Assembly (NCBI RefSeq): GCF_006345805.1
Contig: NC_043005.1
Location: forward strand, 30,442,001 to 30,506,000
Direction: 5' to 3'
DNA: 64,000 bases
From: Octopus sinensis
Taxonomy: Eukaryota
Shown here: one piece after another, positions 37,150-50,080 of the stretch
How the letters are laid out: each line of letters opens with the position of its first letter
Position numbering within the stretch: the first letter of the stretch is position 1
The notes under the pieces: generated by a model
What the model was told of the DNA's origin: nothing
Seen by the model: only the letters and a program-made list of their open reading frames with translations
Databases searched by the model: none
Translations under genes and position numbers: made by a program

Positions 37150-38250
37150 GGCTTTCATGAAGTTATCTTCCGTTGTCTTTCATTGTTCTTCCTTTGTCTT
37201 TGATAGTAAATATTCTTTTACCGTTGTTTATAATATAAAGTGCTGACTATTAGTTTCGGATTTTAGATTCTTACAAAGTATTCTTCTTTTGACTTCCGTA
37301 GTTGATCATTTTCATCGTTTAGTTTGAAAATAGGAATATTTTCAATTTTCCATTTGCACAAATATCTAGAAGTTCACTGCATGAAACATTCGTAGGAGAT
37401 GAATCCCGAATTTGTTGTTAATCCACATTTACACGGCTGGTCAGTTTCCTTCCTGTCTCCCCAATGTAGTTTTCATTACATTGTGGGCATGTGAGGCAGT
37501 AGATAAGTTTTTTTTTGTTGTTGTTTTGCAATTCATGTTTGTATTCACTTTTAATTCCTTCCAATTCTTGAATCTTTTGGTTGCCTCTTGTTCAATTAAT
37601 TCGCATATCCCACAACGGAGGTCTCTACAGTTGGCTACTTGCATCGTTTCTTTTTCAAATGTGAATCTCGCCTTTGTTAGGAGTCTCTTGAGGTTTGGTG
37701 GTTGTCTTCAACTGTTGATAATTTATGATTTTTTAAAATTATTCGTTGGAGATTTTGTGTTTTATGTAGAATTGGGAGTTATCATTTGGCTGAGTGCAAG
37801 ATGTTGTGGTTCCTAGGATTGTGGGTGACTACAAATGGAATATTTGTATTTGTATTTTTAATTTCACATCTAGGCTGAGTTTTTCTCCGTAAGATAGAGA
37901 TCGGGATTTCCTTTGCTTTTGTTATGGCATGTTCAATTAACTTGTTGGGGTATTTTTGTTTCTAAAGGAATATATTGCGTTCAGCCGGTCGTCTCTCTCG
38001 TCTAACGGTATCGGTGACTATTGAGCATATGCGCCTTGCCATATTAAATAGTATATTCTTTTTTGTTTGGAAAGGGTGGCAAGATCTAAAGTCTAAATAT
38101 TGGTGTGTGTCAGTGTTCTTGTAGTAGAGGTCAGTTGTAACTGTTTCATTTTCTTTAATTATCAGAATATCCAGAAAGGATATATAATGAATTGAATTGA
38201 GACATGAATGCTATTTATTAATTTAAGAAATTTTGTAAGGTCATCCTTAC
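37150..38250 (-). mobile_element. Penelope-like element remnant (RT thumb and GIY-YIG region)
   Basis: Minus-strand ETVTTDLYYKNTDTHQYLDFRSCHP and CRDLRCGICELIEQ...KVNTNMNCK. Confidence 0.75.
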
Positions 38251-38681
38251 TTTGGTTCCAAAATATGAAGCAGTGATCAAAGAATCTTTTCCAGTTTCCT
38301 ATAAGATAGGTTTGGAAATGGTGGTCAAAAGTACTTCTGGACAGGGCGTAGATTTTTTCCTTCTAGGTATCCCCCCACGTATACACACATATTCACACAC
38401 ACACACACATACATATATACATATATGTGCATGCGTGCGTGTGTATGAATTAAGGCTATTGGTTTCATGTTAAGAAAAGTAGGAATATATCCTGGTGTCG
38501 TAACAATTTTTCAAGCCGATAACATGGAGAAAAGTGTTCGCCTCTATGCGATCGGCTTAAAAATTGTTAAGGCACTAGGATATTTCCCTACTTTTTGTAA
38601 ATATGAAATCAATAGTAGTCTTAATTCACAAATAAAGAAATTAAATCGATCAATGCGGCATTGAGCACTCATCTTCATTAT

Positions 38682-38734
<53 letters not shown>

Positions 38735-38938
38735 CAGTAATCCCTCACTATATCGCGGTTCACATATCGCGGTTTATTATTTAAGCTTACGTCGATTCCT
38801 CCGTCTTGTTGTTTTGCATTTATTATAAAATAAATATATACAAATTATAAAAATAATAAAAAAAGATATACTTCGCGGATTTTCACCTATTATGGGGCCT
38901 TTTGAAACGTAACACCTGTGATAGACGAGGGATTACTG
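38735..38938. mobile_element. Tigger/pogo-like MITE
   Basis: TA|CAGTAATCCCTC ... GAGGGATTACTG 12-bp perfect TIRs. Confidence 0.8.
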
Positions 38939-39230
38939 GATATATATATATCTTAAGGTAGCAAAAAAATTTAGAAAAATTCTTTGCTACCAGTGGTCTA
39001 GCGAGAAGAAACAATTAGTCAATAGACTATATATTTTTCATATAAAAATACAGTGTACATTTAAACACATAAGACATGGCCATAACAGGATATATATATA
39101 TATATATATACGTACACATTTCTGATGAAACTACAGGAGTAGTTGAAAGCGCTAATATGAAGAAATAATATGTGATATGTAAATAAATATATATTTTTAC
39201 AACCATCCAGCATTCTGAACACCTTTTTTC

Positions 39231-39265
<35 letters not shown>

Positions 39266-40381
39266 ACCCGGATATATATAACCGCCTACACCCGGATATA
39301 TCTCTGCAAAATCTTTCCTTAGTTGGGCTCTGCTGCCCAGCCCAAATCTTGAGTGCATCATGAAACGTTTTCTCCAAGTGGTGCTATTAATTAGTCATGG
39401 TTTGAACCATTAATGCCCAAAGCTTATATAAGTACCTCTGTGTCCGTGTGTTTGTGTGTGTGTGTGTGCGCGCGCGCACGCGTGTGTGTGAGAGAGAGAG
39501 AGAGAGTGTGTGTGTATTGTTTTCATTTTATCATGGAAAGAGAACAACAGGCTTGCCATAAAGTTCAAAATAAGAGAAAAAGAAATAAGGAGAGAACGAA
39601 ATGTAAAAAAAAAAAAAACAATGTGGCAAAACAATTCCGTCGGATATCTGCTCCACATTTTATTAATCTTATAATATCTTTGATATTAATCTAGGAAGAA
39701 TTATTTTCTTGAATATTAATGAAGTATTAACGTTTTTCGAAGCAAAAGATTAAAATTAATTTATGGTTGGAATTTAAGTGGCAACATATAGGAAATATGA
39801 AATAGGATATACACGCGTTTCTATTAGGTTACACTTATATTGAATAGACGATCGGATATGTACACGGATGTTTATTTAATTAAACACTCATTAACAGTTA
39901 CTTCGACACAGAGAATATGTAAAAAAAAATATGTAACTGACAATGTATGATTTTCTTAAAGCAAACAAGGAACTTTAAAATGTTTATTTTCATATATAAC
40001 AAATAAACTTGTACAACTTTTAAAACATTGTCATTTTATAAGCTTTTGCTGGAAAAATTTTAAATTAACATAAATATTTATTTACACGAATGAAAATTAC
40101 CGGAGAACTTCCATCTAATTCTTCCAAATCTTTCTGTTAAAACTGTATTGAAACCATTTGAGAGAAATTTATTTTTATAAGGAACTAATTTGGAAAAATC
40201 GAAAGATATATTTTAGTGACGTTTTAAAAAATGATAATGGTACTGATGTCTTACCGTATGAGAACACCGAAATATAGTTGATGATGAAACCAAACCGGAC
40301 AATATTAAACATTTGGTTCGTCTAAATATGCCGACTCTACCAATTTAGTTATTGCTCTTCTATCTAGAAAGAATCATAGGT

Positions 40382-41250
40382 GAAGGCGCGTGGTTTAGTG
40401 CTAAGTGGTTTGTGGGGTATTTGCAACTCCGTCGTGTGACTTTTAGAGGCCCCTTGCAGCTTTTTGTTTCGAGGCCCTTTACTTCAATCAAAATTCATAA
40501 TCTATGCACCTTTTATTCATAACTATATTTTACTTTATTCTGTCTGAAGTTCAATATTTCACGTTATCCTAAAGAACATCTTTAAAAGTACAACGAGTTA
40601 AATTTACTCAAGTCTATTACAAATTTCAATAAGTAAAACTTCCAGATATGAATAAAAGAGCGTTTTTATAATCCAGGCAACTTTCAAAGACAAACACGGC
40701 ACACTTTTCACTTCACGAAATCATTGATCGGTTCAGAATAATCAAGCTGAGAGTTAAGTTCGTGTTCAATTGATATCAGAGACAATCCACAAAGTCTGCT
40801 ACACGTTCGTGGTATAATGTAATATTTTTACGAGAACTTTTGCAGGTACAATGTATTATCACCATTTTATTTCTTGAAATTTTCAGTTAAAATAGTTTAA
40901 TTCTTGTTCAACATCTTAACCAAAGTAAATAGATGATTTATTCACGTACTTTGATATTAACATGGGGCCCCCTTAACTGCGGAGACCCCCTGCGATCGCA
41001 GGGGTTTCAGGGGCTTAGCAACGGCCCTGAGTATTCGGCTCCCGATCGTAAGGCGACTCGCTGTGTCCTTGAGCAAGACACTTTATTTCACGTTGCTCCT
41101 CTCTACTCAGCTGGCAAAATTGTTCTGTACCTGTAATTCAAGGGCTCAGCCTTGCCACATTCTGTGTCACGCTGGATTTCCCTGAGAACTAAGGGCACGT
41201 GCATCTGTGGAATACTCGGCCCAATTGTAATTTAATGGTTGAAAGAAAAA
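40382..41250 (+). mobile_element. SINE interrupted by a hAT-like insert
   Basis: SINE head GAAGGCGCGTGGTTTAGTG at 40382 resumes as GTATTCGGCTC...GTCCTTGAGCAAG at about 41030. The insert ends GGCTTAGCAACGGCCCTG, and its left terminus is eroded. Confidence 0.5.
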
Positions 41251-42067
41251 TATGAATTGGGAGTGAGTTCCAGAAGTATATCGTACTAAAGAAGAAGGAC
41301 TGGGTATTTGGTGGTTAGCGCAAAATCTAAGAATGGACACACTGGTGGCTTCCTGCCGGATCCCACTATCGCAGTGTAAGTTCATGGTACTTCTCTCGAA
41401 AACCACCACCACCACCACCACCATTACCACCATAACCACCATCACCACCATCCAAACACACTTTATTCTACCAACTCTTTTCTCGACAAGTTTCTTTTTA
41501 TACACGAATGACCTACATACGTCACGGATGAGACGTGAAACTGGTAGGACAAAAACTGTGCGGAATCCTGTCGGATACATGGTACCAGTGATTCAAAAGA
41601 TATAACCTTGTCGCACTGTGCCTCATAGATTTTGTTTGGGAATTACGTTAAAGATACACACGTACGTGGAATACTCGGCCACTTCCATGCTAATTCAGGA
41701 GCAGGTAAATCAATTAATTGAACAATTGAACCCTCATCGACAAACGACGGAGATCCACCACCACCACTACCATCACCACCACTACCGCCACCAAATAGTA
41801 ACAGTAATAGGAATTAAGAAAGCAGGGCAATAATTTATAGATGTAATTAATTTTCACTGACGTATATTTTATTTTTAGAATTACCAACTTACCCTGACGT
41901 ATAATTGTAACTAATCCGTAAAGACTTTAATTTTCTTCAAGAATAACTTCAACTACATTTAAATGCTGGAAGAATATTAAGAGGGTCTCTGATGAAAATT
42001 ATCGCAGGAGAACAATCTGGAATAGCTGTATCCATGACAAAATATATATTTTTAAAATGATGCTTTT

Positions 42068-42728
42068 ATCTCTTATGATAAAAGGCAGATTTTCTCTGCC
42101 TGTGACTATGTTTCTTTTTAATACAATTGTACAATATAGAATTTCTTCAATTGGAATTTACCTATGATTTTTCGAAGTAGATTCGATTGGGTCATCTCTT
42201 ATGATAAAAGGCAGATTTTCTCTGCCTGTGACTATGTTTCTTTTTAATACAATTGTACAATATAGAATTTCTTCAACTGGAATTTACCTATGATTTTTCG
42301 AAGTAGATTCGATTGGGTCATGGCATATAAATTTTTTTCAATTTGACCCCCAATTAAGCAAAAATTCGAGAAAAATAAATATTTTACGATTTGCCTCTCT
42401 CATTTCAAGTGCTTCACTCCTTCTATTACCACACTTTCTCCTACTTTCTCTTTGCAAGTGTACCTTAAACCACTACTCAAAAAAAAAAAAAATACAGAGG
42501 AAACAGAAACAAATAAATACATAACGATTTACTCCTCACACAATTTCTTCAATTGGAAATTACCTATGATTTTTCGAAGTACATTCCATTGGGTCATGGC
42601 ATATAAATTTCTTTCAATTTGACCCCCAATTAAGCAAAAATTCGAGAAAACTCAATATTTTACGATTTCCCTCTCTCACTTCAAATGCTTTACTCCTTCT
42701 ATTACCACACTTTCTCCTACTTTCTCTT
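42068..42728. repeat. 126-bp tandem duplication plus a ~185-bp displaced duplication
   Basis: 42068-42193 is repeated at 42194-42319; about 42265-42450 is repeated at 42543-42728. Confidence 0.9.
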
Positions 42729-43424
42729 TACACACATAGACACGCAAACATATATGACAGTGACAAACACAAACGTTTCAACGTTTCAAACAACTACATA
42801 CAAACACTCAAACACACGTGTGTGTTTGTTATTAGTAAAAAAAGGCGCCAAACACAATTCACTTTCTCATTCGAACACATTTGCAAACACACACCAACAA
42901 TTCACTGACATATGGTGAGTAGATGCTAGCCACTCACATTATGAGTTACACTATTACACCAATTGTACTGGGACTGTTGTCTACTTCCCGTTAGTTCTTA
43001 GTGTCGAGGAAACAAAACTTTCTCGAGAAATGACAAAAAAAACACTCCTAGATTTCACAAAAGACTTTAAGAAACGATAGGAACTAAGTTCAGTTGAAGA
43101 AAAGAGACGGATTTAAGGAAATCAGACGGTCGAATTGCCATGATAACTCAACAGAAAAGGTAAATTGGTTTTTAATTTACTTTCTGTCGCTAAGTTTTCG
43201 TAGTATTGATTTGCGAGCGTACTTCAGTTGTCAATTGTTGAAAGAAAGAAATTGTAAGCTAAGAAGGTGTGTGTGAGTGTGTGTCTGTGTGTGTGTGTGT
43301 GTGTGTGTGTAGGAAGTGAAGGATAAAAATATGGCAAGAAGTGGACAGATGTACATATATACATACATACATCCATACATGCATGTGTGTGTGTATGTAT
43401 GTGTATTAATGTGTGTGTGTGTTA

Positions 43425-43812
43425 TCTCTCTCTATATAAAGCTGAAGTTGTCTGTGTGCGCCAGGTTTGGTAGCCTTCAACTAACACTATCTCCTTCGAG
43501 ACCCTGCGGCGCAAGTTGACCAAAATTGAGAGTATGATAGAAGGGTTGCTCTTCCTTCCGTAGAAGATAAAATTCAAATCGGACCATGTTAACACCAAAA
43601 ATTATTTACACCAAAAAAGTGCTTTTTTCTATGAAAATCCCTATTTTTTACGATTTTTTCACTGCTGTGTCGCCACTTTTCGGTGTATTTCAACCAGAAA
43701 AATGTTCACTTGAAGAGAATAACTAGCTACATAATGCAAAATTTTTACTTTTCAAAAATTCCAATTCCAGCGGGTCGAAACAAACCCGAGCAACGCCGGG
43801 CGATACTGCTAG
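43425..43812 (+). mobile_element. Complete non-autonomous Helitron
   Basis: A|TC 5' end, CCCGAGCAACGCCGGG hairpin (43785-43800) and CTAG|T 3' end; AT target. Confidence 0.85.
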
Positions 43813-44212
43813 TATAATCTATATTTCTTAGTAAAAACATCTCAGAAGATCACGCAAACCCGTCTCAGTATTCACGAAACCATTGAGATTCTGTATTTGC
43901 TATCGATAATATTTAGTAGACAATGTGCATATAGATATACAAGAATCTAGAATACGTTGAGGCTATAGACTTAAACCAGAACTCTGACATAGTACATTGT
44001 TTATATATATATATATAAACATGATTGACCTCTAGCTCCAAAAGATTTTTTATTCTCTCAATGTTAATTTCCTCGTGTTCCTCTCTGTTGAAGAGCGTAG
44101 GCTCGAAGTGTAAAAGATTTTCTCACTTTCCTGAGCGTTATGCTAATACACGTGTTTGTTGTTTATACACCTGTCTTAGTGTTTTGTTTTTCTATAAATT
44201 CCAACTATATAT

Positions 44213-44255
<43 letters not shown>

Positions 44256-44579
44256 TTGTCAAATTCGAAGACAAACAATACAAACAATTGAAGAAAAACA
44301 GAGAGAAAAAAGATGACCGCGAGGACGTGTACAAGAACTTTATTAATTTGACCTCGGTGAAAGAAGAGAGTTGCTAACGTTTTGTGCATAGCTCTTCGTC
44401 GGAAACAGGAAAGTCCAAATAGAAAGAAGGAAAAATAAGGAAAAATCGCCAACAGTCCACGTGAGGTTACATTTCTGAAGTGACCGGAAGTGGAAGGAGA
44501 AAGAGAAAGTGAATTTTGGGACAGGAGAGTGTGAAGATGGTCAGATCATCACAGATCCTCTTCCATGTTTATCAGTTGA

Positions 44580-45109
44580 AAGAAGGTAGTCTGGGTCAAA
44601 TGCTTCTTTTGGCTATCTCCACACGAATACTCGGACAGTGGTCGGAAATAAGGTAAAGGATAATTCGTCCGAGAAAATAACATCCTTCCACTTCTCTAGA
44701 GACCAATTCTGTATGTTTTTACTCCACTCTAAACGCTTTGCAACGTTTGTTTTTGAGTGGTTTCCTGATTGCAGCCCTCGCGTGAAATCCGGTTTTGTGC
44801 AGCTCCTGGTGAACAGTTTTTTGTGGAAACTGAGTTCTCGAAGTGGTCATTAAGCTCTGCAGTAATTTTGGGAGCTGTACTTTTGTGATCCTTTCTAACA
44901 GTTCGCGTAAGAATCCGATGGTCCCTATCTTAAAGTTTCGGTTTTCTTCCAGAGTTTTGTTTCGACGAGGAGGTTTTTCCCTCTTTCTCAAAGGCTTTCG
45001 AGACAGTACTTCTTGATACACAAAACATTTCGGCTGTTTTCGCTACGCTAGCGTCTGCCATACGAGCACCAACAATTTAACCTCTTTGAAAGTCTGATAG
45101 ATTTGTCAT
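44580..45109 (-). mobile_element. Tc1 transposase pseudogene fragment
   Basis: MTNLSDFQRG*IVGARMADASVAKTAEMFCVSRSTVSK, TVHQELHKTGFHARAAIRKPL, IFSDELSFTLF. Confidence 0.88.
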
Positions 45110-45319
45110 TTTAATGAATTTTAATTACCTTTTTCTGATGATATCAGAAAAGAAACGGCAATTTTAGCAAAACATATTAAGCGACACTAATGATAAATCA
45201 AAACACATAAAAATAAACAAGCTTCGTTTCTGTAGTGCACTTGGTACTACTTCTTTCTGTGCGTACATTAAGACATCGTCGCATAGTAAGAAATTATTTG
45301 AATTTGTATTTTTATTATG

Positions 45320-47173
45320 CTTAGTTTTCAATGTTTCTTTCACTGTTCTCTACGGATTTCATTTTTATGTCATGCACTGTCACCGGCAGTTCCTGGATTA
45401 TATTACTCACAATACTTCTTACTTCATTTTCTGACTGCAGTGACGTTATCACGATCTCTTCTAGTGTTCCACGCTCTTGGGAGTTAGACTTTATAAGCAT
45501 CTGAAAATTGTAGTTCAGCAATATTGTACGCCAGCGTTGTAGTTACCGCAAAAAATAATCAATAGAACCTCCTCCTCTAGCTGACTATACTTTCTTTCTT
45601 CTGCTATCAGTGAACGTGAAGCATGAACTACTGGCGTCATATTTCCATCTTTATACTTGTATAGCAAAATTGCTCCTATTCCATACTCTGAAGCATCAGA
45701 CGCTACAACAATTTTAGGATCGAAATGCTCGAGTGACAAGTCAGAAATTAATATTTTCTTTATGTCTTTAAATGCGTTTTGGCACTTTACTGACCAATTC
45801 CATTTTACTTCTTTTTTTTAGTAAATCGTTTAATTGTGCTCTCAATTTATGTATATTTGGAATGTACTGTTGATAGTAATATACTAGGCCAGAGAAAGCT
45901 AGTAGTGTCGGTATATTCATTGGCGGAGGCATATTCTTTATTGGGTCTGACTTCGACAGGTCAGGACGTCTATTCTTATCTATGATTTGACGAAGCAAAA
46001 AAATTCACACTTCTTTTCACTGCGTGTCAAACCATAATCCTTAATTCTTTTAAAGACACACTTCACGTGTTCGATATGCTCATCCCGCGATTCACTTTGG
46101 ATTAAAACGTCATCAAAGTAAGGAATAGTAAATCGACAGCCTACCAATATCAGGTCCATTACCTGTTGAAATATTGCAGGTGCTACCTTCAGTCCAAAAG
46201 GTAGCCTACTGTATTGACTGTTAACAGCTTTGAGCATTTTTTATCTACTTTGGTTTGTAGATGTGCGTCAAACAGATCGAGTTTTGAAAAAAATTTTCCT
46301 CCACTTAGTTTTGTAAAAATATCTTGTGGGGTCGCTAGTGAATAATGGTTCGTTTTTAAACAGTCATTTAAACCGGTCAAAAATCGGCACACATTATATT
46401 TCAATACTCCATTTGAGTGTTGAATAGAAAAGTTTTATCACTGAATATGTTAGACAGTAATTCTATTGTTTTTTAAAGCAAATATTATTGGGTGTTTTAG
46501 GAAATATGAAATTACAGTAACGTTCATATTCTAACGGAGCTAATTTTCTCAAGAACAATTTCACTTTTTGTTCGTACGATCATGATTTGCAATCTTGCTT
46601 AAAAAATCTCCTTGTACCTTCTGTAGTACGACGCTAAAGTTATACCCTCCTCTGAGTTATAACTGAATTTATTTATCGAATTTGAGACATCGTCTGGCAA
46701 AAACGAAATTATCTCATTTTTGGACTTCTTTGAATATAGTTCCAGTAATTGTTGTTGTTTTAGTTGTTGCTGTAATAGTTACTTCTGCAACTCCTGTTGC
46801 TGCTCTTGTCGTTGCTTTTGCAACTGTACTATGGAAGCTAATGGTCTTCCATTATCTAACAAATTGTATCCCAAACAAGTTGTTAAATAACCCACGCAAG
46901 CTTCGAAACCCTCGTCACCAGATGTTGTAACGTAGTTTGTTACATACAATAAAGAAGATAACCAGATAACAGTAAAAACAATGTAATGCACTAACAAATC
47001 TCTTTACGAACCAACAATGAATATTCCTTATGAACTAACCAACCGACACCTTTTGACTTCAGTGCGAACTAAAACGAACTTCACTCGACTCTGAACTCAC
47101 TCAGATTGTTACTATTTATACTTTACTTGGACCAGTCTATCTCTCACAAGGGGGCGTTGTGACTCTCATCACA
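45320..47173 (-). mobile_element. Gypsy LTR retrotransposon remnant: 5' LTR (46923-47173), PBS, gag traces, RT-RNase H
   Basis: LTR TGT...ACA; PBS TGGTGACGAGG at 46920-46910. Peptides FSKLDLFDAHLQ, LPFGLKVAPAIFQQVM, PYFDDVLI, VASDASEYGIGAIL and RKYSQLEEE. Confidence 0.88.
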
Positions 47174-47174
47174 G

Positions 47175-47995
47175 CAGAAACCAAGTTAGCAGTGGTGGAA
47201 GGAGTTCTGAAAGTGTGGTTGCTAGAATAAGAACTGGCAGGGCAAATCTCAGAGTGCTTCTGCCTTTTGTAAGTCCTCTCCCTCAATGTGAAAGGCAGAT
47301 TGTATGATGTCGTATATGTACAGCTATGCTACATGGCAATGAAACATGGGCTATGACTACATTACCCACTGGGTGAGTAATGACAGTATACATGCATGAC
47401 AGAGTGTAAATGATTTAAGACAAAAACTGGGTGTAAGAGGCATCAGATGTTGTGTGCAAGAGAGAAGACTGCGCTGGTTTGATCATGTGATGCATATGAG
47501 CTGCATAAAGAAGTGCTGAGCTCTAATTGTGGAGGGAGCCTGTGGAAGGGGTAGACCCAAAAAGACATGGGATGAAGTGGTGAAAAAGAATCTTCAGATG
47601 CTGGGCCTCACTGAGGAAATGACAAGGAACCAGGAGTTGTGGCAGTTTGCTGAATTTGATAAGATACATCAAGTTAAGTGAAATCACTGTCTTCCACATA
47701 TACAGGTTTGTCATTTTGGGTGCTGTGCCACATAAAAAGCACCTATTGCCAGTGCTGCATAAACGCACCTGTGCCAGTGGTACATGAAAAGCACCCAGCA
47801 CACTGTTATGTGGTTAGTGTTAGGAAGGGCATCCAGCTGCAGAAACCATGCCACAACAGATAATTAGAGTCCGAGCAGCTCCCAGCTGGCCAGCTCTAAG
47901 TCAAACCATCCAACCTATGCCAACAGGGAAAGTGGCTGTTAAATGATGATGACAATGACGATGATGATGATGATGATATTGACGATGATGATGAT
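47175..47995 (+). mobile_element. RTE LINE 3' part
   Basis: MLHG.ETWAM, RGIRCCVQERRLRWFDHVM and GRGRPKKTWDEVVKK; the tail ends in (GAT)n. Confidence 0.85.
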
Positions 47996-48255
47996 GACAC
48001 TAGTGCAGACATGAAAAGAGACCAATAGAGTAAGTAACACACTTAGAAATACAGTAAGCCCTGGGGTTGATTTGTTTTACTAAAGCCCTTCAAGGTAGTG
48101 CTCCAGCATGTCCATGTACAGTGAGGGAAATGAGTAAAAGATAAAATAAAATATCAGCAATTTAATTCCCATGCATAATTAACCAAATGAGTAATGAGGT
48201 TTATCAGTTAGATGTGATAGTCTTTTAATTTGGTTTTAATAAAATGTTTTGGGCA

Positions 48256-48261
48256 TTTATT
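48256..48261 (-). promoter_or_regulatory. Candidate polyadenylation signal of the ABCC gene
   Basis: AATAAA on the minus strand about 90 nt after the stop codon. Confidence 0.5.
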
Positions 48262-48352
48262 GGACTGTTCTGAGAAAACATATAAAAAATAAACAGCAGT
48301 TGAAATGAAATGGAAAAATATCTACAAAATCTGTCTGTCTTTCTTCACAATG

Positions 48353-48439
48353 TTACATAATCTCTCTGGCTTTCCATAGTTTATAAAACTTGGAATTTGA
48401 TTTTTTCAGTAACTCATTAGGGATTCCTTCTTCAACAAC
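48353..48439 (-). CDS. ABCC5: ABCC5-like transporter, terminal coding exon (VVEEGIPNELLKKSNSKFYKLWKAREIM*)
   Basis: CAG| acceptor, phase 0, TAA at 48355-48353; aligns with the ABCC 'VVEFD.P..LL....S.FY' tail. Confidence 0.85.
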   Translation of the reverse strand, partial: VVEEGIPNELLKKSNSKFYKLWKAREIM

Positions 48440-49139
48440 CTGTAGGGGATAGAGGAAAATAAGGTTTTTGTAAAAGATATACGCATGCGTATGTGAGTGT
48501 GTGTTAGTGAATATACAGATATTCATAAATATATATGTATTTATACATACATGCACACACACATACATGCACACGCACATACATACATACATACATACTT
48601 ATACATAGTTCATACAACAACATTGTTGTCTGCCTAGTATAAATACTAAGGATTACTAATGAGAGTTACACAATCTCTGAAGATTTCACAATGCAATCTG
48701 ATACTGTATCATCAGTCAACATAGATTTACATGTCACGGATTTTTTCATAATGTGATGCAAGTCTTTGGTATAGCAATTGCATGCAGCTGAAGAGAGCTT
48801 TAAACCATCTGTTATGTCGATTATACATTGATGTAAGAATAGGTTGTTTTATAAAGCTTGAAATACGTGTACCGCGACATCCTTTATGTTCTGTTTTTTA
48901 TTTCATTTGATGCATATATATATATATATATAGCTAATCCAAACAAGAACAAGCAAGAACAACAACGCAAGGATGTGGAACAAGTACTGTATTATTGGAC
49001 GCTCAGGAAAGGAAAGAAAAGAAAGAGGACTTCACATTTCAAGCGGAGCTCTTCATCAGAAATATAGAAAAAGTCCAAAGTTGGGAAGACGGAAAAAGAA
49101 AATTGCCAATGATACACACACAGTCACATATTGAAATAT

Positions 49140-49565
49140 ATATAGCCCATCTCATTAGAGAGAGTGTCTGATTAGATGAGATACAATTCGGTTTTGTGAT
49201 GGGTAGAAGCACCATTGATGCCATATTCCTGGTTTGACAACTGCAGGAGAAATACCTAGCTAAAGATAAACCCCTATACATAGCTTTTGTGGACTTGGAG
49301 AAAGCCTTTGACAGGGTCCCCCGATCCCTTATCTGGTGAGCAATGCGGAAACTGGGGATTGACAAATGGTTGATAAGGGCTGTACAGGCCCTATACACAG
49401 AGGCTGTCAGTAAGGTTAGGATTGACAATGAGTATAGTGAAGAATTCTGGGTTGAAATAGGGGTCCACCAAGGATCAGCCCTCAGCGCCCCTTTATTCAT
49501 CATAGTCTTCTAGTCAATAACAGAGAAATTCAAGACAGGTTGCCATGGGAGCTCCTCTATGCTGA
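49140..49565 (+). mobile_element. RTE LINE RT fragment
   Basis: QFGFVMGRSTIDAIF, AFVDLEKAFDRVPR and GVHQGSALS. Confidence 0.9.
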
Positions 49566-49752
49566 TAACTGGACCCCTCCCCCAAAATTTCAGGCCTTGT
49601 GCCTAGAGCAGAATAGAATAGTAATAGGTGCAAGAACAAATACTACAAGGTATTTTCCAGTAATGCCTGTGTGTATGCATATGAGTGTATGTGTGTGTGC
49701 ATATGTATGAGTGAGTGTATGTGTGTATGCATATGTATGAGTGAGTGTCTGA

Positions 49753-49785
<33 letters not shown>

Positions 49786-49915
49786 TGTAGTTGTATGTAT
49801 AAAATTTAGTGTTTCCATCACAGAGGCTGTACTCTGAGTGTGTAACCATCAACATTGGCTTTCCTCTACCTCGTTCGGTAGATGAAAGGTGGTGGGCGAC
49901 AAAGAATTGCTTTAC

Positions 49916-50080
49916 CTTTCCGTTGTCCATGATGATGACTTTGTCACATTCCACGATTGTATTCAGACGATGAGCAATAATCATGATGGTGCAGTTGGTG
50001 AAACATTGATTAATAGTGTTTTGGATGAGGGAATCAGTTTCCGCATCAACAGAAGACGTCGCTTCATCAAGGACCAATAT
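49916..50080 (-). CDS. ABCC5: ABCC5-like exon (Walker B, D-loop, H-loop), 165 bp
   Basis: TAG|[16 protein letters not shown]...[22 protein letters not shown]|GTAAAG. Confidence 0.95.
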
